Virus record (IMG/VR): IMGVR_UViG_3300044624_003554
Location: 1-64,000 of that record
Origin: a virus
Lineage: Duplodnaviria > Caudoviricetes
Reading direction: 5' to 3' (one strand)
DNA length: 64,000 bases
Within the stretch, counting starts at the first letter, position 1. Each line of letters opens with the position of its first letter. Under the pieces are notes generated by a model. It worked only from the letters and a program-made list of their open reading frames with translations. It did no database searches and was not told the origin of the DNA. Positions 1 through 10,280 of this stretch are shown here, one piece after another. The position numbers were made by a program, and so were the translations under genes.

Positions 1-1
1 T

Positions 2-3000
2 GTTAACGGAAAAGAAATAAGAGATACTTTGAATTTTGAATCTGTTAAAAATTATTTTAAAAATAAAAATTGGACTATTGAACATAAAAGGTCTGATATA
101 TTTTTTGAAATATTGGGGGCATTTACAAATTTATTTAATTTTAACGCAGGTAATCAAGGCGCAGTTAAGCATTTAACTGCCAGCGAAATGTTCACCGTAT
201 CAAGCTTGAATATTCAAGAAAGAGCTTCTGCTTTACCAGTTAAAAGAGAGCCTTTTTTCTTTAACGGCTCTTTCATTGTTATTTTAAATAAAAATAATAA
301 CAAAATTAGTTTAATTTTGAATGACTCTAATAAATCTGATCAATATATAAATTTTGACAATAATTTGGAAGATATAAATTTTATTGATTATATAAATGAA
401 AGTAAAATTTTATCTGTTGGAGGGGGGTTGCCTTATGGACAGCTCGGCCAAGGTCAATGGGTTCAAACATCTTATTACTCTATTAATAATTTTATTTATT
501 TTCAAATTGACAATTCCGCATGTTCATATATTCCAGCAAGAGGCGTCAACGGCTTTAATGGGGTTAGAGAAGGTGCTGTCTGGAACCACACTTTTTTTGG
601 TGGAGTTCCTGAATTCGCTCCAGAAACATCTGAATATACAAATCTACGTTTTCATTCAAAACAAGGGCTAGTTGGAACACTTTGCTATCAAGATCGATTT
701 TGCCATCTATCTAGAAATTATTCTTATTTAAATGATGGAACCACAATTTTCTATTATACTGCTGCGGAATGGTCATCATTTAAAATAAATCGACTAATTG
801 CAAAAAGAAGCCCTCAGCCAGATAGCAGTTATTGTTATGGTTTTATATCAAATTTGTATTTATATCGAGATTTTGCACCAGGGCAAACATTTTTTAATCC
901 AACTTTTAAATCTGACGCTTTCGTAAATAAAACTAGAATAATTACCGCAGATTATGCACAAGAATCAATATTAAACAATCGTAATATTTTATATATTATT
1001 GAAAGTTTACTGCAGGGAAAGGGGATTATTTCAAGAGATATTAAAATAAAAAATTATATTGCTGCACCAACGGCATCCCAAAAAGCAAAAACAAATAATA
1101 ACGATATAGAAATAGTCTATTTTAGAAATATACCTTTTTCAAATATAGATAGTGATTCCAATAATACTTTTGCAAATGATGCAGGTTTAGCAATTAAACT
1201 TCCAGCTCCTAAATATTATAGTGATGGCACTCCATTTAGAAGATACGTTAAAGTAACAAAACTTTCTTATGAAACATTGTCGCCTTTAATTTCTAAAAGA
1301 GTAGCTTTGGCAAAAATTACTGAAATTATTCCTCAAAAATTCTCATATCCATTTTCATCAATGGTTGGAATGAAAATTGATTCAAGAGCATTTTCTCAAA
1401 TACCAACTAGAACTTTTGATTGCAAACTTAAGAAAATTTTAGTTCCATCTAACTATTTTCCAAATGATGAAGATGGAGAAGACGTTAGATATGTAGATGG
1501 AACTGGCAAGTATAAAATATACGATGGCGATTGGGATGGTACATTTAAACTAATGTGGACAAATAATCCAGCTTGGATTTTGATGGATATGTTAGTAAAT
1601 AAAAGATATGGATTGGGCAACTACATATCTTCTGATCAAATTGACATATGGGAGCTTTATAAAATAGCTAGATGGTGCGATGGTGTTGATGATAATGGAT
1701 ACTATTATGGCGTTCCAGATAGTTATGGTGGAACTGAGCCAAGGCATGCATTTAATGGAATCATAACTGAGAAATTTAATGTATTTGATATGATTAATCA
1801 AATCGCTTCAATTTTTAGAGGTCATGTTTACTACATGAATTCAATGATTACTTTTGACGACGATAGATTAAAACCGATTATTGGAGAATTCAATAATTCA
1901 GATGTAAAAGACGGTATCTTCAACTATACAAATCATAAAAAAGATGACGAATTTACTGCGGTAGAAGTCGCCTATATAGACGAAAAAGATAATTACAAAC
2001 CTAAAATTGAATATGTTGAAGATTCAGATGGTATAAGAAAAAGAGGAATTCTTAAAAAACAAATTAACGCTTTTGGAGTGACATCTAAAGGACAAGCAAG
2101 AAGATTGGGGTTGCATTTCTTATTCCAGACTTCAAAAGAAAATATGAACGTATCCTTTATAACGGATATGAAAGCATTGCTTTACAAGCCTGGCGATTTA
2201 ATTGGTATTAATGATGAACTTTTAAGCTCTTATAAAAATTTTGGTAAAGTTGAAAAAATTGAAAATATAAACGATGATAAATTTAAAATTGTTGTTTCTC
2301 CTGCAATTTGCGAATCCTTTTTAGATGCTTCGGAAATAACACTATATACACCAAGATCAAAACCTAAATATGATGATATTTTATCTTCTGTTGAATCTTA
2401 CCCATATCAATTAAAAATTACAACACAAAATTTAATAACTAAAAAATCAGATGGCTCTTATGTGGTAAGAGAATATGATTTCGCCGTAACCCAAGATAAA
2501 AATTTAATTAATGGAGCTTATAGTTATACAGGAAATATAGTTTTTGATTGTTCTGTTGACCCCAAATGCACTATAATCTTAAAAACCTGCTTAAGTTACA
2601 TTAAAAATTACGATATTAATAATAATTTTTCTACAAAATATGGTCATTGGAAATTAACAACTGGATCGTCAGACAATACTCGTCAAGATTTTTATTTATT
2701 TGATTCTGTAGCGGATCTAGTATTAAAAAATACTAATCCAAAAAAAGAATATTATTTTTCTTTTTTTGACAGTGGAAAATATATGAGATTTACTGGTGAG
2801 AGTTTAGATGGCGAACCGCTTTATGAAAATTCTGGCTTCTCAATGACTGGAAATACGAGTGAACCATTTAAAATTTGCGTAGATTCATTTTTTGGTTACA
2901 AAAATGGACTAATTAGTTATCCACAAATAATTGAAAATGATCGACCTTCGGTTGAAAATTTTAAAATAATTACTGGATGTCATTGCGCAAATGGAGGTTA

Positions 3001-3715
3001 TTCAGAATTAGAAATATCTAAAAGTGGATGGAATGTTCAAAATGGAATTTTTGAAAAAATTAAAGAATCTGTAAAAAATGGAATAGATAGTCTTGTTACT
3101 GGTTCATCTTTTTCTTTAAAAATTAAAAATTTAAATCAGCCAATTTTTAAAATAATGTCAATTACTGAAAATTATATAAATGAATATAATTTATTGGCAA
3201 CAGAATATAATCCGCAAAAATTTAAATTAATAGAGGAAAACTCTTCAGTGGACGATTTAAATAATACTTTTAATTTTATTTCAGCTTATAATTCAAAAAA
3301 TAATAACTATTCTGAACAAGCGCTATTGAAGGCTCCCATATTTAAATCATTGCAATATTTTATCGATCCAAAATATGGAAAAAAATATTTAAATATAAAG
3401 TGGGCTCCATCAAATCCAGATCCAAATTTATTGTATCAAATATTTATTCAAACTCCATCAAAACAAACAAACAATTTATCAATTTTAAATATTGATTCAA
3501 GGAATTATAACGTAATAAATAATGAATACGAAATTAACTTTGATTTGGAAAAAGCAAATTTTGAAATTGGAACGTATCAAGTATCAATTTCCTCTTCTAC
3601 ACAAATAGTAACTGAGGGCGGAGGAATTTTAAGTGCAAAATCTGTTTTGGGAAATAATTTCCTAAATAGAATATCAAATATGACTTCTAGAACTGTTCTA
3701 ATTTTGGAATATTAA
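2..3715 (+). CDS. Tail tip / host-specificity protein (lambda gpJ-like), 5'-truncated
   Basis: Frame open from position 2; gpJ-like motifs FSYPFSSMVGMKIDSRAF, WDGTFKLMWTNNPAWILMD, LYKIARWCD, GVTSKGQARRLG. Confidence 0.85.
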   Translation, partial: VNGKEIRDTLNFESVKNYFKNKNWTIEHKRSDIFFEILGAFTNLFNFNAGNQGAVKHLTASEMFTVSSLNIQERASALPVKREPFFFNGSFIVILNKNNNKISLILNDSNKSDQYINFDNNLEDINFIDYINESKILSVGGGLPYGQLGQGQWVQTSYYSINNFIYFQIDNSACSYIPARGVNGFNGVREGAVWNHTFFGGVPEFAPETSEYTNLRFHSKQGLVGTLCYQDRFCHLSRNYSYLNDGTTIFYYTAAEWSSFKINRLIAKRSPQPDSSYCYGFISNLYLYRDFAPGQTFFNPTFKSDAFVNKTRIITADYAQESILNNRNILYIIESLLQGKGIISRDIKIKNYIAAPTASQKAKTNNNDIEIVYFRNIPFSNIDSDSNNTFANDAGLAIKLPAPKYYSDGTPFRRYVKVTKLSYETLSPLISKRVALAKITEIIPQKFSYPFSSMVGMKIDSRAFSQIPTRTFDCKLKKILVPSNYFPNDEDGEDVRYVDGTGKYKIYDGDWDGTFKLMWTNNPAWILMDMLVNKRYGLGNYISSDQIDIWELYKIARWCDGVDDNGYYYGVPDSYGGTEPRHAFNGIITEKFNVFDMINQIASIFRGHVYYMNSMITFDDDRLKPIIGEFNNSDVKDGIFNYTNHKKDDEFTAVEVAYIDEKDNYKPKIEYVEDSDGIRKRGILKKQINAFGVTSKGQARRLGLHFLFQTSKENMNVSFITDMKALLYKPGDLIGINDELLSSYKNFGKVEKIENINDDKFKIVVSPAICESFLDASEITLYTPRSKPKYDDILSSVESYPYQLKITTQNLITKKSDGSYVVREYDFAVTQDKNLINGAYSYTGNIVFDCSVDPKCTIILKTCLSYIKNYDINNNFSTKYGHWKLTTGSSDNTRQDFYLFDSVADLVLKNTNPKKEYYFSFFDSGKYMRFTGESLDGEPLYENSGFSMTGNTSEPFKICVDSFFGYKNGLISYPQIIENDRPSVENFKIITGCHCANGGYSELEISKSGWNVQNGIFEKIKESVKNGIDSLVTGSSFSLKIKNLNQPIFKIMSITENYINEYNLLATEYNPQKFKLIEENSSVDDLNNTFNFISAYNSKNNNYSEQALLKAPIFKSLQYFIDPKYGKKYLNIKWAPSNPDPNLLYQIFIQTPSKQTNNLSILNIDSRNYNVINNEYEINFDLEKANFEIGTYQVSISSSTQIVTEGGGILSAKSVLGNNFLNRISNMTSRTVLILEY

Positions 3716-4182
3716 AGCTTTTTAATATAAGATTCCGAATCTTTTTCATAGCCCAGTAATCTGTACATTTTTTTTATCTTGTCAGATAGGGGATGATTTT
3801 CTACAACATTCATTGAAATGTATTCGCATTTTTGATCTTTGGCAAATTTGTGGGCAATTTTATATAATTTCATTCCAACTTTTGGATTTTTTGAAAGCCA
3901 CAAATATTCATCCATTATTTTTTTATTAAATTTTTCAGATTTTCTGATTATTCCAATAAAAATGCTGTCATACATTTCTCCATTAAAATGTGTCCAGACA
4001 TGAATATTCCAAATCAATAACGATTCATGTGAGAGTGATTTATAAATAAGTTCGTAATCATGTTTTAAATCAAGAACATGTCCATATTTTTCGTTATCTG
4101 TTTCGTGCAATGCATAGATATCTTTTGCAACTTTTTCCATTTCCTCTGGAGAAATAACTTTTTTGATAAAAGATTCTGACAT
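3712..4182 (-). CDS. GNAT-family acetyltransferase-like protein
   Basis: 156 aa; C-terminal GMKLY...KFAKDQKCEYISM...KMYRLLGYEK pattern typical of GNAT motif B. Confidence 0.55.
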   Translation of the reverse strand: MSESFIKKVISPEEMEKVAKDIYALHETDNEKYGHVLDLKHDYELIYKSLSHESLLIWNIHVWTHFNGEMYDSIFIGIIRKSEKFNKKIMDEYLWLSKNPKVGMKLYKIAHKFAKDQKCEYISMNVVENHPLSDKIKKMYRLLGYEKDSESYIKKL

Positions 4183-4183
4183 A

Positions 4184-4972
4184 TTAACTAATAATAGAAA
4201 TTAATTTGCGACATTCTCTAGCTGGAATATCTTTAAAAGAGTTCCAGCTTTTTGCTTCTGGATTTTGATAAGATTCAGATAGCCACATATCTCTGAGTTT
4301 TTGTTTAAAATCTTCAAAATTATTAATACTTAATTTTTTTACCGCATGATTTCTTAATAAGTTTTGTGGAGAAATGTCTCCATCAATTTGGACTTGTTCG
4401 GAATTTTCATAAGTTTTATTTTTGCTTTTTGATTTATCGATTTCATCGTCGCCAACAATATGAATATTCAAAAAGTTGCGAACGCAGCGAACAAAAGCTC
4501 GATTTGCAGCAATTGTTTCAAGAAATTTCGCACAAAAATCATTGGTATTTTCTAATGAAGCGTTAGCCATGTCTTCGAATTCAATACACATCCCGTTTGT
4601 TTCAAAATTCCCTATCCAATTTATTTTGCATTTAACTACGACATAGTCTCGTTCTGATTTAACAACCTCGTAAGATACCGAATTGAATCCTCGAATTTTT
4701 GCAAGATCTTTTAGGCCACCAAGTTTAATCAAAAGCTGATTATCCGTCAATCCCTCTACGGTTGGAGGCATTTCCAACTTACGAAGTTCAAACCAATCTT
4801 TATTTGGGTAAAGATGTTCCGCTTTAACCATAGCTCTCCAATTGATTGAGCCATCTTCGTTAAAGACGTATTCTACGTTAGATAGGAGTCCGTTCGCTTT
4901 CCTCAAGTTCTCTTGAGCATTCTTGGGATTCTGAGTTTGCGTTTTCGATTGTTTCTCTGATGATGAAGTCAT
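4184..4972 (-). CDS. Putative single-strand annealing protein (Rad52/Sak-like)
   Basis: IKLGGLKDLAKIRG, VVVKCKI and ETIAANRAFVRCVR resemble the Rad52/Sak core; ATG at 4972 chosen. Confidence 0.45.
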   Translation of the reverse strand: MTSSSEKQSKTQTQNPKNAQENLRKANGLLSNVEYVFNEDGSINWRAMVKAEHLYPNKDWFELRKLEMPPTVEGLTDNQLLIKLGGLKDLAKIRGFNSVSYEVVKSERDYVVVKCKINWIGNFETNGMCIEFEDMANASLENTNDFCAKFLETIAANRAFVRCVRNFLNIHIVGDDEIDKSKSKNKTYENSEQVQIDGDISPQNLLRNHAVKKLSINNFEDFKQKLRDMWLSESYQNPEAKSWNSFKDIPARECRKLISIIS

Positions 4973-6113
4973 AAATATAGAAGTGTTCTGCATCTTTCCA
5001 GAATGCGTCATCATCATGCATTACTTCGTTAACCATGTCAAGTTTTTTGTTTGCATTTAAATGAGCTTCGCTAGGATATAGTACGCCATGAGAAATTATA
5101 ATTTTATTACTAAAAAAATAACCATTTTGTTTTTCAATTTTTGCAATCCTTTCTTTTGTATTATCAAACTCAACTTTAAAATCAAAATAAAAATTCCTCA
5201 TTTCTGCAATATTTTGTTCGTCGTCTACGCAAATGCTAAAATTAACTTTGCATTTTCTAACAGATTCAAAATAATCAGAACTAATTGATTTACTGTTAAC
5301 TTTAAAATAAATATGCTCAATGTTTGAAGCAAATTGTTTAATTAATGGAATTGGAATTTCTGTAGATGCAATAATTTTTGTCTTATAATTAGCGCACCAG
5401 AAAGCAATAGTTTGATCATCGTTATGCAAGTCAGCTCTTATGTAAAGTGTTTTATCTTTTTGATCTTCCAAATTTGCTCTAAAATTGGGAACAATTTCTA
5501 CGAATGGAATATGATAATGGCTTCCTATTCGCAATGTATTAAAATTAATTCTTTCTTCTATTTCAAGAAGACTGAGAACTGATTCGGCAATTTTTTCTGG
5601 TTTTATTGAACGAATTGTTTTTGGATTTTCTTGATACGAAAAAGAAGGTTTATTTCCATTCTTGTCAGATTCAATTAAGATAATTTTTTCTTTTGAAGAC
5701 CAATATGGGTAAGCATTTGCAGCATAAGTGTGGGAATATAATGCAACTATTGGCACATCATACATACTGGCTATATGTATTGGCAAACTATCGATGCCAA
5801 GATGCAATTTAGATCTTTTAATTAAGTATGCGGATTGTTTAAAATTTAAATTCAAAAAACAACCATCAACATTTTCCAGCTTTGGATCTTCGTGACCTCC
5901 AATTTGATATATTTTATACCCATTCTTATTTAAAAGGGGTTTTATTAGATTCAAAACTTGAGGAAAGTATTCGTAATTTTTAGAATCAATTTTTTTATCC
6001 GTATGAATTGTGATGTACTTGTCATTAAGAATGGGATAAAAATGTTCTGACAAATATGGTTTTCCAATTTTTACGCCGAGTGTTTTTGCGTATTCTTCTA
6101 TAAGATGTGACAT
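4878..6113 (-). CDS. Glycosyltransferase, GT9 (heptosyltransferase)-like
   Basis: IYQIGG...LNFKQSAYLIKRSKLHLGIDSLPIHIASMYDVPIVALYS, the GT9 GxDS..HxA motif. Confidence 0.7.
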   Translation of the reverse strand: MSHLIEEYAKTLGVKIGKPYLSEHFYPILNDKYITIHTDKKIDSKNYEYFPQVLNLIKPLLNKNGYKIYQIGGHEDPKLENVDGCFLNLNFKQSAYLIKRSKLHLGIDSLPIHIASMYDVPIVALYSHTYAANAYPYWSSKEKIILIESDKNGNKPSFSYQENPKTIRSIKPEKIAESVLSLLEIEERINFNTLRIGSHYHIPFVEIVPNFRANLEDQKDKTLYIRADLHNDDQTIAFWCANYKTKIIASTEIPIPLIKQFASNIEHIYFKVNSKSISSDYFESVRKCKVNFSICVDDEQNIAEMRNFYFDFKVEFDNTKERIAKIEKQNGYFFSNKIIISHGVLYPSEAHLNANKKLDMVNEVMHDDDAFWKDAEHFYIYDFIIRETIENANSESQECSRELEESERTPI

Positions 6114-6114
6114 A

Positions 6115-8013
6115 TTATACTAATGAAAATTGAATTTTGTCTTTTCCGTTGTGTTGGTAAGCAAAAAATTTCTGAGTAGTGGCGTGTGGCAAAAAGGCTA
6201 ATTCAAAAAATCCCTTATGCGATCCTTGCCCCTCTAAAAATAGCAAGTTGTCACAAATTGGATTGTATGGCAAAACTTTGTGAACTACTGGATTATCCCT
6301 AATCAAATCAAAAAATTTAGGATCAGTAAAAATGTAAATATTATATTCTGGATATAGAGATTTTAAATTCTCAAGAAGAGAGTTTACCATTAAAACATCT
6401 CCACCAGATTGCGGAATGACGACTGCTAAACGCCTGCCGTCATCATCCTTATCCAAAAGATCTTCAAAATTAATTTGTTTTGGTTTATTCAGCTTTTGTT
6501 TGGCTTGATTGATTAAATGATCGTAAATTTGTTTTCTTGATACACCAAATTTCAATTGATTCATCCATTCAAGACAAGCTGCATGATTTTTGTCTATTTT
6601 TTCTTTTAAAATATTTGCGTAGAGATCTATAACAAAATCTTCATTATCTTCTATTTCTGGCATCTTGTATTCTACATTTGGATCTTCTTGCGTGAATAAA
6701 AAATCATAATCGATTTCTGGGAAGGAGTCAAAAATTTCTTCAAGCTTTTTGCCAATGACTTCAATTGAGAAATTGTCTATAACCCACTGTCTAGCTTCTT
6801 GGCCAACCCTAGTTTTTTTGTCTGGATGCATGAAAAATACTTCAGTCAATCTTTGATTGATGCTTTGTGGACAAGTTGAGGCTTTAATAAACTGAGTTCC
6901 AGGCTCCCTATACTCTGTCCAATCCAGTGACATTCCTCCACTTTCTGTAGTGCAACTATCTTCGCCACAAGAATAATTAGTAACTAAGGTGATTAATTCG
7001 GCAAGTTTTGCCTCTTGAATGGGAATTTCTTGCCCACCGCTAGTAAATGGATGACAATATACATCCATTAAGTTATAAATCTCATTCAATTGTTTGTCTG
7101 AAACGCCAGCTGTAACATTTGTAGTTACTTGGCTATTTGGATTACCGCAAAATTTGCATCCTATATTTTGTCTTGTGAATGGCTTGACTTCATAATTATT
7201 GCAAGCATGACAAAAATAAGTTGTGTAAACTAAATCTGCAGGAATATTTTTTTCTCTTAACAATCTTGGAATGTCCCAACCTTCTGACCAATGAGTATGA
7301 AGCAATAGTTTTGCATTAGCTTGTGGATTATTAAATCTAAAAATAGAAAAACCCTCTAGCAAATTTGGCACTGATTTTCTTAATTGATTTCTAAACACAA
7401 ATCCAATTAAAAAAGAATCATCTAATCCAAAATCTTTTCTTAACTTTGCTCTTTGCTGATCTTCAATTTTAAAGAATTTTGAAGTATCCAAACATCCGCG
7501 CAATGTTTTAACATGGTTGTAGCCTAAACCTCTTAACGCTCTTTCTGCAAAGGAAGCCCAAACATAATAATTTTTAATTTTAGGAGCCGCATTAACTGCA
7601 TCTGGTAAAATAGGCAAGCTATCAAGCGTTGTCCAAATAACGGAATTAATTTTATCCCACCAAGGTTTATCCCAGTACCCATTAAAGCCCCAAATATCTT
7701 CAGTGCCAATATAAATATCTGGCTTTACTAATTTAATTAAATCATCAATCATTCCAGCTCCGTAACCCAAACTTCTTTCAATGTTTGGGTCTTGAGCCTT
7801 TAATTGTTCTAGTTTTTGTTGCGGAGGGAAAGTTCCGTAACTTTTCCAAGGTTGTCTTGCTGTCTCCTCGGATTCAAACGGCATTCCATTTGCAGCTTCG
7901 ATTATTTCATACTTTCCAGTATTAAATAGATAGCGAAGAATATTTTTAGCGTTCTTACCAAAGCCAGTAAATGCCCTAGAGTAATTAGAATGAAAGAGGA
8001 TTTTTTTCTTCAT
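6115..8013 (-). CDS. Glycosyltransferase, GT4/GT-B with C-terminal GT9-like N-domain
   Basis: FRNQLRKSV, IYNLMDVYCHPFTSGGQEIPIQEA; C-terminal VVIPQSGGDVLMVNSLL. Confidence 0.75.
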   Translation of the reverse strand: MKKKILFHSNYSRAFTGFGKNAKNILRYLFNTGKYEIIEAANGMPFESEETARQPWKSYGTFPPQQKLEQLKAQDPNIERSLGYGAGMIDDLIKLVKPDIYIGTEDIWGFNGYWDKPWWDKINSVIWTTLDSLPILPDAVNAAPKIKNYYVWASFAERALRGLGYNHVKTLRGCLDTSKFFKIEDQQRAKLRKDFGLDDSFLIGFVFRNQLRKSVPNLLEGFSIFRFNNPQANAKLLLHTHWSEGWDIPRLLREKNIPADLVYTTYFCHACNNYEVKPFTRQNIGCKFCGNPNSQVTTNVTAGVSDKQLNEIYNLMDVYCHPFTSGGQEIPIQEAKLAELITLVTNYSCGEDSCTTESGGMSLDWTEYREPGTQFIKASTCPQSINQRLTEVFFMHPDKKTRVGQEARQWVIDNFSIEVIGKKLEEIFDSFPEIDYDFLFTQEDPNVEYKMPEIEDNEDFVIDLYANILKEKIDKNHAACLEWMNQLKFGVSRKQIYDHLINQAKQKLNKPKQINFEDLLDKDDDGRRLAVVIPQSGGDVLMVNSLLENLKSLYPEYNIYIFTDPKFFDLIRDNPVVHKVLPYNPICDNLLFLEGQGSHKGFFELAFLPHATTQKFFAYQHNGKDKIQFSLV

Positions 8014-8486
8014 TATTCTTCTTGTTTAGAGGAATTTGTTCTACTATTAAAGATTTCTGATAGCGAAAATTTTAAAAATTCTGCCAAGGCTTCTGCCTCA
8101 CCCAGCTCAATGCCAATCCCAAATTTCTGATTACCGTTCCTAGAAATAGAAAAAGAAAAAGCGTCTGTTCCATCTTTTTTTTGATATGGTTTAAATGAGA
8201 TTTGCGTTTTGTTTTCTTCGTATGTATGGAAGGCAGAAAAGTCTTTATACTGTCTAATTGAATATAGAAATCCACCTATTTCATTAACATTTAATTTGAT
8301 GTTGAGATTTTTTTCTGGATTTTTTGCATTTTCAGAAAAGGATCCAGTTTTTGTATTTTCATTCCAAGAAGCTTGTTGAATAGCGCTAACATACAAAGTC
8401 TTTTCAGAATTCTTTCCGCTTCCTACTTTAAATTGAAAAGCACAACCTGTAACTTTTGAATTAGGTTTATATAGACTAAAATTCAT
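8013..8486 (-). CDS. Hypothetical protein (possible PC4/Whirly-like nucleic-acid-binding fold)
   Basis: 157-aa ORF with its own -10 element; aromatic/basic beta-strand-helix pattern; fold is a guess. Confidence 0.6.
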   Translation of the reverse strand: MNFSLYKPNSKVTGCAFQFKVGSGKNSEKTLYVSAIQQASWNENTKTGSFSENAKNPEKNLNIKLNVNEIGGFLYSIRQYKDFSAFHTYEENKTQISFKPYQKKDGTDAFSFSISRNGNQKFGIGIELGEAEALAEFLKFSLSEIFNSRTNSSKQEE

Positions 8487-8491
8487 ACAAG

Positions 8492-8520
8492 ATTATAATT
8501 AGTTAAGATTAACTTTCTAA
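8492..8520 (-). promoter_or_regulatory. sigma70-type promoter TTAGAA-N17-TATAAT, 5 nt before ATG 8486 (leaderless)
   Basis: Read directly on the minus strand. Confidence 0.5.
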
Positions 8521-8523
8521 AAA

Positions 8524-8529
8524 GTGTAA
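8524..8529 (+). promoter_or_regulatory. GTGTAA upstream motif (putative phage-specific promoter)
   Basis: 10 nt before ATG 8540; the same hexamer precedes six other starts. Confidence 0.55.
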
Positions 8530-8539
8530 AAATTTAGAT

Positions 8540-8788
8540 ATGGCCAATAATTATCAAAAAGTAGCACAATTATATACGTTAACTGGAAACGGTATTACTA
8601 CGATTACTGGGGCAAGTGTAATTCATGCATTATACAATGGATCAAATTCTCAAATGACTATGAGAATTGATAACGCTCACACAATTCATATCCCAACTGA
8701 TCAGCATGTGACGTTCCCAAATCCTGTAGCATTTTCAACTATTAGGAATCTCTCTGCAACTAATACAGGAGTTATTTTATATAGTTAA
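8540..8788 (+). CDS. Hypothetical small (virion?) protein
   Basis: 82-aa beta-rich ORF at the head of the plus-strand structural operon. Confidence 0.65.
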   Translation: MANNYQKVAQLYTLTGNGITTITGASVIHALYNGSNSQMTMRIDNAHTIHIPTDQHVTFPNPVAFSTIRNLSATNTGVILYS

Positions 8789-8790
8789 AA

Positions 8791-9273
8791 ATGCCAAATC
8801 CAGTTTACAAATCAGATTCAGTATATCACGGTAAAGCTGCTCCTCAGTTTTCCTACATCTATGATGGGGATACTCAGGAATGGCGACCGATGACTCCTGC
8901 TGATTTAGCTGGATTAGGAGAAAGTGATTTACTTAAACCGCCAGCTCTTTCAGTCTATAGAAACATTAATTTATCTGGAGAAATTTCAGAAGTAAATAAC
9001 GGAGCCACAAAATTAGCTGGATTTTTTGTTGATAACAATTTAAACGACGAGCCTCTTTTTGTTCAATTTTATAGTAATCCATATACTTCAGAATCAACTC
9101 CATTTATTACTTATCCAATTTATGCGCAATCTACGTTGGATCAAAGTTTTTCTTATTTAGTTCATGGCTTTCAAGGAATCTTAGTAAAGATTTCTGAAGA
9201 TAGAGAGGGTCTTTATCCTTGGCCTGGAAATAATGGGACTGGTCTTATTGCAAATATTTATTATAGGGCTTAA
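8791..9273 (+). CDS. Hypothetical (virion?) protein
   Basis: 160-aa ORF, 2-nt gaps to both neighbours. Confidence 0.7.
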   Translation: MPNPVYKSDSVYHGKAAPQFSYIYDGDTQEWRPMTPADLAGLGESDLLKPPALSVYRNINLSGEISEVNNGATKLAGFFVDNNLNDEPLFVQFYSNPYTSESTPFITYPIYAQSTLDQSFSYLVHGFQGILVKISEDREGLYPWPGNNGTGLIANIYYRA

Positions 9274-9275
9274 TT

Positions 9276-10226
9276 ATGCCTCTATACAAAAGAAGAATTC
9301 AAATACCAACTGGTCAGTTTGTGACAACTGGTCAGACTGGGCAATTTTTTCCTACTAGCGAAACTGGAAAATTTGTTCCGACTGGTTTTACAAATTTGGG
9401 AGTGAATGGGGAAAAATACTCTGATACTGAATTTGTTTTTTCAAATAGTAATTATCCTAAAGGTAATGCTCAGTACTCTATTTTAATGAGGTCTACTGGA
9501 ACGGAAGGCATTGATTTCAGTGACGATTCAATAAATAGTGTCGCTTGTTTCAAGATAATATTGCCTAAAAATTATTCAAATCAATCTTGGTTAATTAAAA
9601 ATGAAGTATTGGGTATTGGCCAACATTGGAATGGTGCAAAAAATCAAAGCTTTACTGCTGATTACTCTGCAATTATTACTGCTTCGGACAATTCGTACAA
9701 TTTAACTGGTCCTTTTTATACAATTTATACTAAAACTCAACCAACTTACTCTGGTGCGTTCGATATTTGGGAAAGTGGCATTGTAATAAAATTATTCGAT
9801 TCCAATGATACAAAAACTCAATGGACCGCAAAAATAGGAATCATTCAATCTATTCAAGATGAAGATTTAAACTTATTGAATTCGATTGAAAGCATAAATG
9901 CCTACATAGCAAATAATTCTAGTTCTAATTCTGTTATTAGTTCAGCTTCTGATTTGCAAATTTATAACTTAGATGAACAAATTCCAATTGTGGATGCGGG
10001 GGAAGATTCTGGAATATTAAGTGACAACGCAATGGATGGAGGTGATGATGATCAAATTTTATTGAATTTAATTGAAAGCATTAAAGTTTATATTCAAAAC
10101 AATTCAAATATAGATTCGCCATCAGATTCGCAAATATCTAATCCCAATCTTGAAACTTTTAATTTAGATGGTGGAGATGACTCTAACGTATTGATAGAGA
10201 ATAACTTAGATGGCGGAATAGATTAA
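9276..10226 (+). CDS. Putative virion/tail-associated protein with TGxF repeats and acidic DGG-repeat tail
   Basis: TGQFVTTGQTGQFFPTSETGKF at N-terminus; duplicated acidic C-terminal segment. Confidence 0.6.
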   Translation: MPLYKRRIQIPTGQFVTTGQTGQFFPTSETGKFVPTGFTNLGVNGEKYSDTEFVFSNSNYPKGNAQYSILMRSTGTEGIDFSDDSINSVACFKIILPKNYSNQSWLIKNEVLGIGQHWNGAKNQSFTADYSAIITASDNSYNLTGPFYTIYTKTQPTYSGAFDIWESGIVIKLFDSNDTKTQWTAKIGIIQSIQDEDLNLLNSIESINAYIANNSSSNSVISSASDLQIYNLDEQIPIVDAGEDSGILSDNAMDGGDDDQILLNLIESIKVYIQNNSNIDSPSDSQISNPNLETFNLDGGDDSNVLIENNLDGGID

Positions 10227-10254
10227 AAAAATATTTACTTTTTTTGCTAATTTT

Positions 10255-10260
10255 GTGTAA
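10255..10260 (+). promoter_or_regulatory. GTGTAA upstream motif
   Basis: 20 nt before ATG 10281. Confidence 0.5.
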
Positions 10261-10280
10261 TAGCCTATATATTTTAATTT

